From assembly GCA_977020255.1 (NCBI GenBank), contig CDROCS010001929.1, forward strand, positions 186,001 through 250,000: 64,000 nucleotides of DNA, given 5' to 3'. The notes below the pieces were generated by a model, which worked only from the letters and a program-made list of their open reading frames with translations, made no database searches and was not told the DNA's origin. The position numbers and the translations under genes are program-made. Origin of the DNA: Obrimoposthia wandeli. Lineage: Eukaryota. Of this stretch, positions 52,960 to 64,000 are shown piece after piece; positions within the stretch are counted from its first letter, which is position 1, and every line of letters starts with the position of its first letter.

Positions 52960-53072
52960 ACAAACATGAAGTTTCATTTCATACACACGCGCATGCTTTT
53001 TTACTCAAGAAACGCATGCACGGTTTAAAGGACATATGCTTGCCTAACCCCGAACAAACACCTACACCTACT
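52960..53072 (-). repeat. Isolated Polinton-family TIR (right end)
   Basis: Reverse complement reads AGTAGGTGTAGGTG...gtcctttaaaccgtgcatg...gtgtgtatgaaatgaaa, similar to the element 1 TIR. Confidence 0.7.
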
Positions 53073-53396
53073 CAAAAATCTTCAGAAATAACATTTCTTA
53101 TTTCAGTTTTTCTCGTTCTTTCAGTTCAATCTGATTGTCAGACGGAAATTGTTGAAATACATGAGCTCCATCGTGTTTAAAAAATATAATAATGATAATG
53201 CTATTATGTCAGCTATAATATCAACCTATATGATTGATGGATAATATGAACCAATGAAAACATATATAAATGTTGACAAACACAGCATATGTTCTTTTTG
53301 CATTAGCAGTTGATGCAGATATTCCATTATTAGGGTACGTTAAACAATGATGGTCGGAAAAAGCATATCAACCAATTTATGAAATTATTTACTCAC

Positions 53397-53517
53397 CCTC
53401 CAAACATTGATATCTTTATTATTGGCCGGTTTATTTTATTATCGATTGTGTATGCTTGGCTTTGAAGTTTTGCAATATCATCGTTTGTAATTGTCACAAG
53501 TTCTTGCAAATTCCACT
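53397..53517 (-). CDS. Mfn: Mitofusin-like exon (WNLQELV...RPIIKISMFG)
   Basis: tctgtag acceptor and gtgagt donor in phase 2, leading directly into the P-loop exon. Confidence 0.8.
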
Positions 53518-53929
53518 CTACAGAAATAAAATAATTCTCCGATAACGCAAAACTTGTTTTCTGAGTCGACAAGAGATTCTTGGATTTGGGGAAACAACTT
53601 CGTATCTAAAGATTAAAAGATTCAAATTGCATACATATTATTGAAGGTAACCCCTATTTTATCAAAATAATATATATAAACATAGAAATGACATGCACAT
53701 TTAAATGTTTGTCAAGTTAAAATAATTATTTTGTCATTTTCTCATATAGTATTGAGTGCTAATTATTGTCCAATAATATATTTAAGAGAATATAGAAAAC
53801 AACAAATAAACAATAAATGACATTGTGTTTTGAGTGTTCAAGGTCGCTATAATTTGCTTTAACACACTTTTCTATCGTTTAAGTGGCTTTAAAATGTCAT
53901 ATGAAAAATAGGATAACTTGGAGCCATCT

Positions 53930-54420
53930 CTCAATATTAAAATTGTACCACAACAACACTTAATAATTTTTGTTCCGATTGGCCGATTGCGTTGGGGGGG
54001 GAATCCAGGGTCAGACAAATCTTGGGGATACGCTGGATGTGGTAAGATAATAAGTCATTTTTCAGCAAGTATTTGAACTGTTTGATGAGATGTATACCGT
54101 CGTGAATTGATATAAAAAACAATCCTTATATGGCCATCACGTATATTTCTGCATCTTTTATAATGTAAAGCTAGAAGAAGAAGGTCTAGTTTAGGAAAAC
54201 AAAGTTCTGAATCAGTTCTTATCCCTGATATGTATATCCAAAAGGAAAGCATCTTTACTGGCCAGAAAACAGCTGCCACATACTTTTGATTGATTAACTT
54301 ATCAATTGGGTAATGGCCGGTTGATCAGCAGCACTCATCCAATGTCGCATATAAGGTTGTCTTCGATTCCCCTGTTTATCTAAATTTCGTTGTATGTTGT
54401 ATATTAAAGAAATAAATTTT
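53930..54420 (-). pseudogene. mariner transposase remnant
   Basis: ATLDE; YVAAVFW; RYTSHQTVQILAE; LPHPAYPQDL (compare mariner HPPYSPDL). Confidence 0.7.
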
Positions 54421-56320
54421 TCATATTTTGTACAGGTTCACTATTACATATTCTTTCACAATTCACTGTTTATCGCTCCGTTAATCAGTTTGTACAAAAC
54501 AAATACAAATATGTTTGGCATTCAATTTTTTACTGTTTAACAAAGTTGTGTTTAACGGGTAACCAAATATTTTGTAAAAAGTTAAAAATAATCTTCATCC
54601 AAAAATCGTTTTTTATGGCCCCGTACTTTATTACTTAACATTGGTCAATTTTGAGGCTGGATAAAGACGAACTTCATCCACTTCTGAATTTGTAAAAATT
54701 AGAAAATTAGTTATTAACATGGTTTTATAAAAGTGTCTGAATAAAAAAATATTATTAATTAAATTTTAGTATTTTATAGAGTTATTATTGCAATTAAAAT
54801 ACTACTTTTGTAATTCGTTACGAGTGATCTGGAGCGATTATTTGTAGATTGTAGAATAATGAATTTTGAAAAGTCTACCCAGCGGATCTTAGACGGATTT
54901 TTTGAATAGTTTTAAAATAGCAACATCTTATTTGTAAACTTACATTTCTTGCTTCCACATGGCTTTCAATACAATTTTATCAGTGACAACTAAAGATTAA
55001 TTTTAAAATGATATTAAATGTAAGAAAGATTATGCTATTATGTACAATAAATATATATGAACGTTTTTAAACCAATGATAATATGAAGATATTCCCTTAT
55101 CATCTAGCTCGTTCGATTGAACGTCTTTATTGCACATCATGCCTTGTACAACAGCCATATCAATATTTAATTCTATTCTTGAGCTGATTTATATTATTAG
55201 CTGACCGATTATTTCTCTAAATGTGATCTTTGAAAATGTCCTAAAAGTCGCTAATTGGTTGATTGAGGAATATTTGCAGATTCATTTCTTTTGATTGCCA
55301 AATCGTGTAATTATTTGTAGCTAATTCTGGCCAAAATATCTGATTATCGTCTGTGTATTTTTTGTCTAACTTATATTGTACAATCACTTTTGACGATTAA
55401 TTTATTCTAAGCTCTGCACTCTTAATCAATCGATAACATAATGATTTTTTTTTAAAATTGGTACAATTTAAATAGATAAAATAAAATAAAAATATCTTTT
55501 CAGAATTTTCGAGTCAAAAATTCGTATAAATCGTATTTGTCATTCATAAATTTTTCTGGTCAATGCCATTTAATCTGCGGATAAATTCCTCTGAAAATTA
55601 CAGATATTTAATTAAAGGTTCATTCAACATTGTCATTCATTCCGTGGGAAACATATTGATGGCTTCATGGTGATTAAAATTCTATAATCATTTAAATAAT
55701 TTTAATTCGTTCGTCTATAGGTAACATTTTGTGAAGGTCAAATCAATAAATATAAATATTATGTTAAATGAAACTCAACTTTATCATCTTTAACATAATT
55801 TGTTTTAATCATTATATCTCATTTAGATGTAAAACAATTTAATTTCAAATATTTAAATGAAGTTATGGATAACTTGTATATCCTTTATAACACTGATTCT
55901 AACTAATTATATAATTTAAATATTTAAAAGAACTATATAAAATATCTCTACCACTTATAAGACATATCACAAAATTATCTAAAAACATGAAATAATGAAA
56001 GGTACAAAAATAAATTTCTGAATAGTCTAGCAAAATAATTATTTTCCTGTAATGATAAAAAGCAAATCTGGCCATTTACGATGGATTTCCATAAAATAGC
56101 TGTTTAATAAATTATTTAACACTGTTATTCAGACAGAGATTTCAACAAAAAATATTATGAATATCCGCGTATAATTTACATCTCCATTTTTAATTTTGGA
56201 AGAAATAAATGATGTTATTTCCTAACTTTTCGAAATCTTTCAATTACGCATACGATTGCTAATTTTTAAAAGAAACATGTTTGTAAAATATTTTCTTCAA
56301 AATTCATCTAAAAAACTTAC

Positions 56321-56381
56321 GAAGTTCTTCTACACGTTTGAGTGCCTCTTGAATATTTTTAATTTCGTTGCTTAAATTCAT
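56321..56381 (-). CDS. Mfn: Mitofusin-like putative exon 1 (MNLSNEIKNIQEALKRVEEL)
   Basis: ATG plus a gtaagt donor in phase 1, matching the phase-1 acceptor at 53517. Confidence 0.5.
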
Positions 56382-58498
56382 ATCGTAATGAAGTAAAATA
56401 AAAATAATATCAGGTAAATTTAATTATAGCATCAAACAATACCTGTGAAAACACTGATTGGTTAAAAGCGGTGTAAACAGTGGAACTAATAAAAATTATC
56501 AACAAAGTTAAAACATTAAAACATCGGAGTGTAAGTTTCAATTATTATATTAAGTGCCTTTTAATTAAATTTTTGTATTGATTTCTTACTGAGATTCTAA
56601 GACAGAAAAATACTCATGGCACCCTGTTTAAAATTTCAGAAATTTCGTTCTCTCTTTCTCTTTGTTTGCCAGTCGGGTAAAATTAATATATACCAATTTT
56701 GTGAATATTCAACTATCGTTCAATATTTGAAAATCCCAATAATTAAGAGGAATAAGATAACATTTGATTTTGGCATATTTGTTCTTGCGCAATCAACCAA
56801 GAGTGTTGACCACAAGTTTGAATATCTTTGCAAAATCTTCTCCATTAGCATTTTTATTAGTTGAAAAATATGGGATGTACAATTGGCCAACAATTATTTC
56901 TCTAATATTTTAAAATATATTTTTAAAGAAAAACAAATTTACAAGAATAAAAAGTAGTATGAAGGGAGAATATATATATAGACTTGAAAATTATGTTGAG
57001 CTTCTAGATAAGTTAGATAGGACACAATTATTCATAGATATTTGTTTGGCTACATATGTACATTAAAATTTCTCTCAAATTTCAAGCAAACTATTATTTA
57101 GCATAACTAAGCTATTTTGTTTTAGGGTTTAACGAAATAATACCTTATTCGAGTTTTAAAATAAAGTTACCGGACTTTCTGACTCATTTACGTTTTGGTC
57201 TGCTGAATTGTGGTATGATAATGTTCTGGGACATTTTGTAAGTAGATCTCTATACTTAAGAGCCAGGAGTTGTTCAGCAACCACATATTAGCCACCGGCC
57301 TCAAACTGGTCTGCTTTACCCTTTAAGTTTGGTTAGCAAGTAACAGAAAGTCAAATAGCTTTTTCTTCATACTTTAAGTATCCTTATTTGGCAGTTTCAT
57401 CTACTTCAATACAATTTATCAAGGGTTTGTTTAGCAACGAAATTTTTCAGAAACAGGATTTGGCATTGGAGTGAAATACGGCATTGAATATGGGTTTTTG
57501 ACTAATCTTAATTTCATTAGTTATGCAAGTTTGGGTCAGATGAAATTGGAAATAGTTGTAACTGAATTTTGTGTATATTCTATTCAAGACGTAGTTAATT
57601 TGAAATTTACATTTTAAGGATTAATTTACATTATTAATGATTATAATGCGCTTAGGAATCAACTATACAATGCTAGCTTAAATGTAAGTGGCTCACTATC
57701 CCATCTGGAACCCACATTGAACGAGTGTCCCTAACCATTAGCACGTATAAGTTATTATAAAATCTCTTTATTAACTCTAGGAATCACACAAACATTGTAT
57801 TTATACTCTTTTGATTTGATTTTGAATTTTAATGCAGATATTCATGGAAATTTTACTAGGTGACCATGAAATAATATTACAATTCGACAAAAAAACGTTG
57901 AAAATATTTTTTCTATATAAATTCTAGCGTATTTTACTGTTATTTTGTTGTAAATCTAAATTATACTTTATTTGTAATAATATTTGAATTTATTCGCTAA
58001 ATTAGTGTATATTTCTTTTAAATTTATTTTTCCATAATATGTGAGTTTTTTAATTTCCCTTATTTTGTGAAAAGAAACAGTATTTGCCGATGTTGAAGAG
58101 TATGAATCTACTTCTTTGTAACGCATAGAATCTGTTCTTTGATTTTAATGCATATTTTCTCAGTTACTTTCCTGTTAGTTTTGTCTTTTGCTTTAAGCAC
58201 TAGGGTGTATTTTATTAAATTATGATTAGTAGCAATAATATTATGAAAGATGTGAGTATAAATTTTACGTTAGTTGATATCATATTTATGACTCTAATTT
58301 GGGTAGATGAAATGGTATATATGAAGAGCAGCACTGTTGATTATTCAATGTTGGAAATTTCATCATTCTGTCAAAATAAATGTGTCCACCCCAGAACAGT
58401 ACCCCCTGTGGGTATTTTTATACAATGGGCCAAATGACGCAAAATACCAAGGTTATGTGACTCAATAGTCACTTGCCTTCGGATTATTATGTCTTTTG

Positions 58499-58692
58499 TA
58501 AGTAAGTCAAGGTCACGATAAGTAGATCAGTACTGATAAGTTGGTCAAGGTTACTGTAAGTAAGTCAAGGTTACGGTAAGTAAGTCAAGGTCACGATAAG
58601 TAGATCAGTCATGATAAGTTGGTCAATGTCATAGTAAGTTGGTCAAGGTTACGGTAAGTAATTAAAGATCACGTTTAAAAGGTCAAGGTCAT
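58499..58692 (+). repeat. About 20-bp minisatellite (about 10 units) containing TCAAGGTCA motifs
   Basis: Units such as taagtaagtcaaggtcacga and taagttggtcaaggttac. Exact TCAAGGTCA occurs at 58507, 58585 and 58683. Confidence 0.9.
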
Positions 58693-59639
58693 ATAAATTA
58701 ATATGTGAAAGTCACATTTTAAATTTGTTTTGATTTTTATAAGTCGTTCAAAATGCAAAAATAAAATATTTCAATATATATAGTTTACATTTTCTAAAAA
58801 AAATTAAAGTGTAATATTGAATTTTAATTTATTTAAAATTTAAAAGTATATTGCAAATTTCAAATTTTCAACACTTTTGGTTCACACTTTACATAATAAA
58901 TTTCAATATATTTTAGTTTACATTTACTATTCCCTGCACTATCTCATTCGTGGATATTTTCTTCTAGTTATATTCTGATTTTCCGAATACTTTCTATTTT
59001 ATTTTTCAACATTTAATTTTTTTCTATTTTTCACCAAGTGTATTTGTTTAGTTTAGAAAATTTACGTGCTATCTTTGTAATTGTTCATTTTTATTGTTTT
59101 GTTGTTCGGTAAGTTTTTATTATTTTTAAGTAGTTTAAAGAATATTTTTGTTTTCTCCAAAGTTTGAAATTCTTTGATTGTTCTAACCGATCTCAGTTGT
59201 GTTATTTATGTAATTCAAAATACTTATAGTATGAGTTTGTATAAGTATAAATGTTTTTACTGGTATTCTGAATATGATTATATTATTTTGTATTGATCAA
59301 ACTTAAAATACACAATTTTTAAAAAAATTATTTGTGTGTGGTAGTTTAGAAATAATTCATATATTGTACAATATATATGGATTATGTAGCAAACCTTATC
59401 TCCAGGTGTAATTCGCTTACATAATATTTTATTATCGTTGTATTACTGTTTTGAATTTTTGTGATGATACATTCATTTTAATTCGATTTTTTAAAGCAAC
59501 TTATAGTCTCTCTTTCTTCAGTACTTCATATATACATTGAGACTGGTTTCAAAAAAATGAGGACGATTGAAATGTTTGGAACTTGAAGATACATTAAGTA
59601 AAGGGGTTGTTTCATCTGTAGGTGAGTGTACTGTGGGCA

Positions 59640-60760
59640 AAGACTTAACTGTTTGACTACTTTAGTGTATGATGAAATTACATCCTCGAGAATACAATTT
59701 AGTTTTGCTACTATTTCCTTTGTCTTGAGTTTTTTTGAATCAGTAATTGTTAATTGAACTAACTTATGAATTCAGTTTTGTTGAGCAATGTGTGTGGAAA
59801 CCCAAGTCGAAACATTAGTTTTATACGAATATTTGTCAACTGTTTCAACTTTGTGACCTGACATTGGGAAGGCTTCAAGCCATCTGATAAAATAATCAGA
59901 AAACATAAGAACGTGTTTATTTCCTCTATCTCTCTCTCCGTTTCTACTATTTGCCACTATTTGCCTTGAAGCTGGCGGATATGCTATACATGATAGTCAA
60001 ACGATTATTGTCTAAAGTGTGTTTTATCTGTTTTGACAAATTTCGCAGGTCTGGAACCATTGTTTTACATCACTTTGAAAGCCACATTGGAAGTGTCTTT
60101 TACTTGATAAATTATCTGCTAGCGCTTCATTGGTATAAGATGAACTACTCCGTATTTGAATGTACTGTTGTATTCTAGATAAACAACCAACATTTGAGCT
60201 TGAATAATTTCTTATTCATATTCCTGAAGAGCGAGAGCCCATCAAATTAAATGTGACATAGTATCAGAATGAGATAAGAGCCATTGTATTGGTTCCTGAC
60301 CAGTGTTTACTACAGCTTAATGTCACAAAGGGTTCTTCACAAAGAAATTTCATAAGGTCGAAATACATATTGCTCAACAGCCTTTTTCTATCGTGTCACT
60401 TTAGACTTATACTGACGTATTTTATTGCATGATCTTTCTCATCGAGAGAGGTTTGTTCTAATACTGTCTTGAAGACATATCCACTAGTATCAGTCATTAA
60501 TATAAACGGTTCATTAAAGTTAGGACATCGAAGAATCGGTTTTTAATTAATTTTCTTTTATGAGTTCATTCGAAAAAGTATTTGCTTATCGATAATATTG
60601 ACTATTTATTTAGTTTTTCAGTTTTCAATTGGTTCTATAATTCTTTCCTACTCGGTGTCAATGCTGAATATGCATCCACATTGGCAGGTCTCACTATTTT
60701 GGTCCTTGCTGTGATTTTCTAATTAAATATATTAAAAGTATTCATTAAAGTTCCTACAAC
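59640..60760 (-). mobile_element. Ty3/Gypsy pol remnant C (RNase H-integrase)
   Basis: PILRCPNFNEPFILMTDTSGYVFKTVLEQ; LMFSDYFIRWLEAFPM. Confidence 0.8.
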
Positions 60761-62147
60761 ATTTAATATACCCTTTTACTATCTGTATATCCGTTTACTG
60801 TTGATATTTTCATAATTTTGGATTAATTTGATCAATTTAATGTTTTGTTTAAAATATTTTATATCCAGTACAGTAACTGAAGCTCAAGTGTCAATTAAGG
60901 TAGGGATTTGAACTTAATTTAGAATAAGTATTACAAATAGTATTTTTCAAATAATCTTTATTAACTGTTTATTACTGTTACAAAAAGGACATTTTTTCTT
61001 GTAATTAAAGTTGATTACTGTAATTAGCAACTCTAAACCTTTAAACTCAACCTTCAAATTTGTATAATTACAGGACCGGATTACTTAACAACTTGTACAG
61101 TATATATCTCTGTGATGCATTTCCCATCTGATTTTAAAATTCTTTTTCATTTGGTGCAATATTACATTCTTTTTAACAATGACTTTGACATATCTCTCCC
61201 CTATGAGTTCCACAGTACTAAATGCTTATTTATGGCCTACAAATGTTACAATAATGCCTCTTTTATTCATTACTGGTTTCACAATGGAGCTACAACTTTA
61301 TATTCCAAAAATATCAGCGTATGTATAACCCACCGCTCGATGCACTGTAAAATGTTTTAGTTCATTTATTTACATCATCTGGTTAAGCTTTTGGGCTTTC
61401 TTCTAAATCCATTATATAATATTTATTTTTAACCAAATTCCATATTCTTTCATATTCCACTAGTACCCAACAAAGCCCATTAAAATATATTGCATAATAA
61501 TACCACACCAGGTCATGATTTCTGGTTACAAATACTTTTGTTTACAAATAATAAAAGTATATATATGAAAACTGTCATTTTTTATGATATCACCATTGGG
61601 CACTACATGGCAAATAATTTAATCGACTTTTTAAAGGATTCTCAGTCATAAAACGATGAAATAAGATTACATTTTGTAGGTCTTAGGAATGATCATAAAT
61701 CTATTTGCAATAAAATTTACTTCAATATATATATATTTACCAATTTATTTATTTTTATTTTTAATATAGATATTAATGGAAAATTTACTAGGTAACCATG
61801 AAGAAATATTACAATTCAACAGAATGAAATAACATTCATTATATCAAAATTGTTAAATGAAAAGAGAATAGCATTTTATTATTGTGTATGGAACAATTCA
61901 AAACAATGAATGTACAAAATAATTTTGCATGTGTTTAACTCCATCTGTATCTTTAGCAGAGTCGACATTGCAGACGCCATATGGATCTTTTGTTTGATCT
62001 TGAAATGATATAAAGATAAAATCTAGCTTGACCTTAGTGCATTGAAAAATATCCGTGAAGCATCAACAGAAACATTTACTGCATGGTCTAAGAGTGGAAA
62101 ATCAACTTATATATCTTTGTTGTAGCGATGAATAGTCAGAAGCAGAC

Positions 62148-62252
62148 AGTAGGTGGATGTGTCCGGTCTAATCCACCCCCTTCCCTTCGCCCCGGGGGCT
62201 ACCATTGTCCTTTAAAACCATGCATGTGTGTGGAGTGAAATTTCGTGCATGT
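62148..62252 (+). repeat. Solo about 105-bp Polinton TIR fragment
   Basis: agtaggtggatgtgtccggtctaatccacccc...gggggctacca.tgtcctttaaaacc.tgcatgtgtgtggagtgaaattt, highly similar to both TIRs of element 1. Confidence 0.9.
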
Positions 62253-63624
62253 CTATCAGTTACTAGATACTCAGAACTCAAGACATGTAAGATCAGTATA
62301 TCTTTGGACAGAAAGAAGATTTTGATATTTTAAATATTTTAACAGTTGGTCACAAGAAAATGGAAAGATATTTGAATAAATCTATTTTGAGACAGTATAA
62401 ATTTTGTTTCCAGTTAATTGACCACAACTAAACTAAAAGCTGCGACATTAATTCTTCACTTCTGCACTAAACACAATGACGATTTTGGTGACAAATATCA
62501 CATTCGACCGTTAATGGGCAGTAATAAAGTGATTATGATATAAAGAGTAAGTTTAAATTAAAAATCGTGAGAATAAAATTATGCTATTATGATATTTATT
62601 TTCTCATATTCTTTATAAGAGCTTTCATCTACATGCATGAAATTTACAGGTTGTCTCCTAATTGAGCATGTTTTTTTCTGGGGGCTACATGATGTTATGT
62701 TGTTTTTGTTGTTGTTGCTGTTTGTGATATATTATTCAGTTTTAGACATTATATGTTGAGTGATTTCTAAAAAAAGTCATTTGAAAAATTTAAATAGTTT
62801 TGAGTTATTTTGTTAATCAATCTAGGTCATTTTTTCTAACATTTCTGGTGATTTTTATTTGAATCTTAAAATCATTAAAAATTGATTAAAACACTATATT
62901 TTTTTCTGTTGGTTTTTCTTCCTTTTTTGTAAAGCTTTCCTAAGGATTCTTTTAAATGTTAAGGGCAAAATATGTGAGTTATTTTATATATTGCTGGGCT
63001 GTTTCTTCGTCAAATATTATGTTTTAGAACCTCTGTATCATTAATTCTCAATCCCTTAATTGGCAGTTATCAAAATTTTAAACTTGTTAGGGCAGTTCTT
63101 CAGAGGTCAAGTGGGAAGTACCCAGGTAGTGGACAGTGTGCTCTCAAACAAGATATACAGAAACGAGAACGTGTAAAGGTACCTTTTAACTGTTCTAGAT
63201 TCATATAGACCGTTATATGTATGTAGCACATTATAACATGTGGTCATATTGTTCTGCAGTTACAGAAAACCCAAACCTGCAGTTACAGAAATATATATTA
63301 ATTGGAAAAAAAGAATAATATAAAAAATAGAAACTTAACAACATAGACTATGATTAATAATTACTTAAAATCAATATTATTATTTTAATCCAATTAATTG
63401 AATGTCAGAAATAAAACACATAGTAAAAGAGTACATAATTAATAAATATAAATATAAAAACCTTAGAAGATCAGATTAAAAAGTAAATTATAGTATAATA
63501 AATTTAACATACACGGAAAAATAAAAAATGAACGATGAAAACAGTTGTGAAAAAATAATAGTAAAACAAATATAGTGGTGCAGTTACACAAATAAAGTCA
63601 TTTCTTTGTGATATGTTTTGTCAT

Positions 63625-63960
63625 TTTATGAGACTATTTCTCAAGATTTTTCAAAGCTTCCTCGATTTTCTTCCAGTAACTTTCATATTTTCCCTTTATC
63701 TCCTCAACATTTCCTTTGATGTCATTGATTAGTTTTTCGAAGTGAGTTGATAAATCACTCATTTCTCGATCAATCCTAATGAAAAATGAAACATGAATTA
63801 GTTAGTTTTAAAAGAGTCTTATACATAGGTTTGAGCCTCTACTTCTTCAGCTTCAATTTTTTCTACATTTGCCTTTTCGATTCTGTAAGAAGTAAAGGCG
63901 TCCCATGCTTTATCAGCCACCAAAGCTCCGATTGCAATGCCAGCAGCAACCATAGCAGTC
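63625..63960 (-). CDS. Two probable 3' exons of an upstream gene (hydrophobic segment, then coiled coil and stop); possibly a mitofusin-like C-terminus
   Basis: ttctctag acceptor then TAMVAAGIAIGALVADKAW...; ttcattag acceptor then IDREMSDLSTHFEKLINDIKGNVEEIKGKYESYWKKIEEALKILRNSLIK*. No phase-compatible donor was found between them. Confidence 0.5.
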
Positions 63961-64000
63961 TAGAGAAAATATAAATATATGAAAACAATAGTTGTATCAA

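Larger units (their letters stand above)
9501..56381 (-). other. Mfn: Mitofusin-like dynamin-superfamily GTPase gene (partial model, at least 9 exons, TE-filled introns)
   Basis: The first six exons splice in frame via GT-AG: ...KISMFGG/TSVGKSQVCNAIIGEKIF..AHRTSCFVQV...VVLLDTPG...LDSDIFIFVLN.../DKRFF..SSKPDVFILINKWD.../..SRISFISARE. This matches mitofusin KVAFFGRTSNGKS, DSPG, EKQFF..PNIFILNNRWD and RIFFVSAKE. Confidence 0.85.

Noticed and set aside
44967-53072. A single Polinton-ended element capturing the mitofusin P-loop exon
   Set aside because: The flanks (ttagta vs caaaaa) give no TSD and the two TIR sequences differ beyond the tip. Independent insertions are simpler.
53518-53605. Longer version of the mitofusin exon starting at the acceptor at 53605
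   Set aside because: It is open only in phase 0, whereas the candidate upstream exon ends in phase 1. The acceptor at 53517 fits. It cannot be fully excluded if another exon exists.
57180-57560. Possible Gypsy RNase H fragment (VAEQLLALKYRDLL), with a similar weak signal near 61050-61620
   Set aside because: Only one short degenerate motif each, which is too weak to call.

Overview
AT-rich eukaryotic (probably invertebrate animal) genomic DNA. It has GT-AG introns and no prokaryotic operon structure. The only clear host gene is a divergent mitofusin-like (dynamin-superfamily) GTPase on the minus strand, which the ORF track almost entirely misses. Its small exons can be joined by hand from about 56381 down to at least 9501, recovering the G1 (GGTSVGKS), G3 (DTPG) and G4 (NKWD) motifs. 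The possible 3' end of another coiled-coil/transmembrane gene lies at about 63.6-64 kb. The introns are packed with decayed mobile DNA. Polinton/Maverick material dominates: a TIR-bounded 6.5 kb chimeric element, a second ATPase-integrase-penton-capsid block, a third remnant, a pPolB fragment, a 4.8 kb palindromic derivative and solo termini. There are also a hAT nested in a piggyBac, Tc1 and mariner remnants, MULE- and Harbinger-like fragments and several Ty3/Gypsy remnants. The most unusual item is a decayed RT-RNase H with hepadnavirus/HEART-like (alternatively DIRS-like) motifs inside the Polinton TIRs. All family calls come from motif recognition by eye; no database searches were run.
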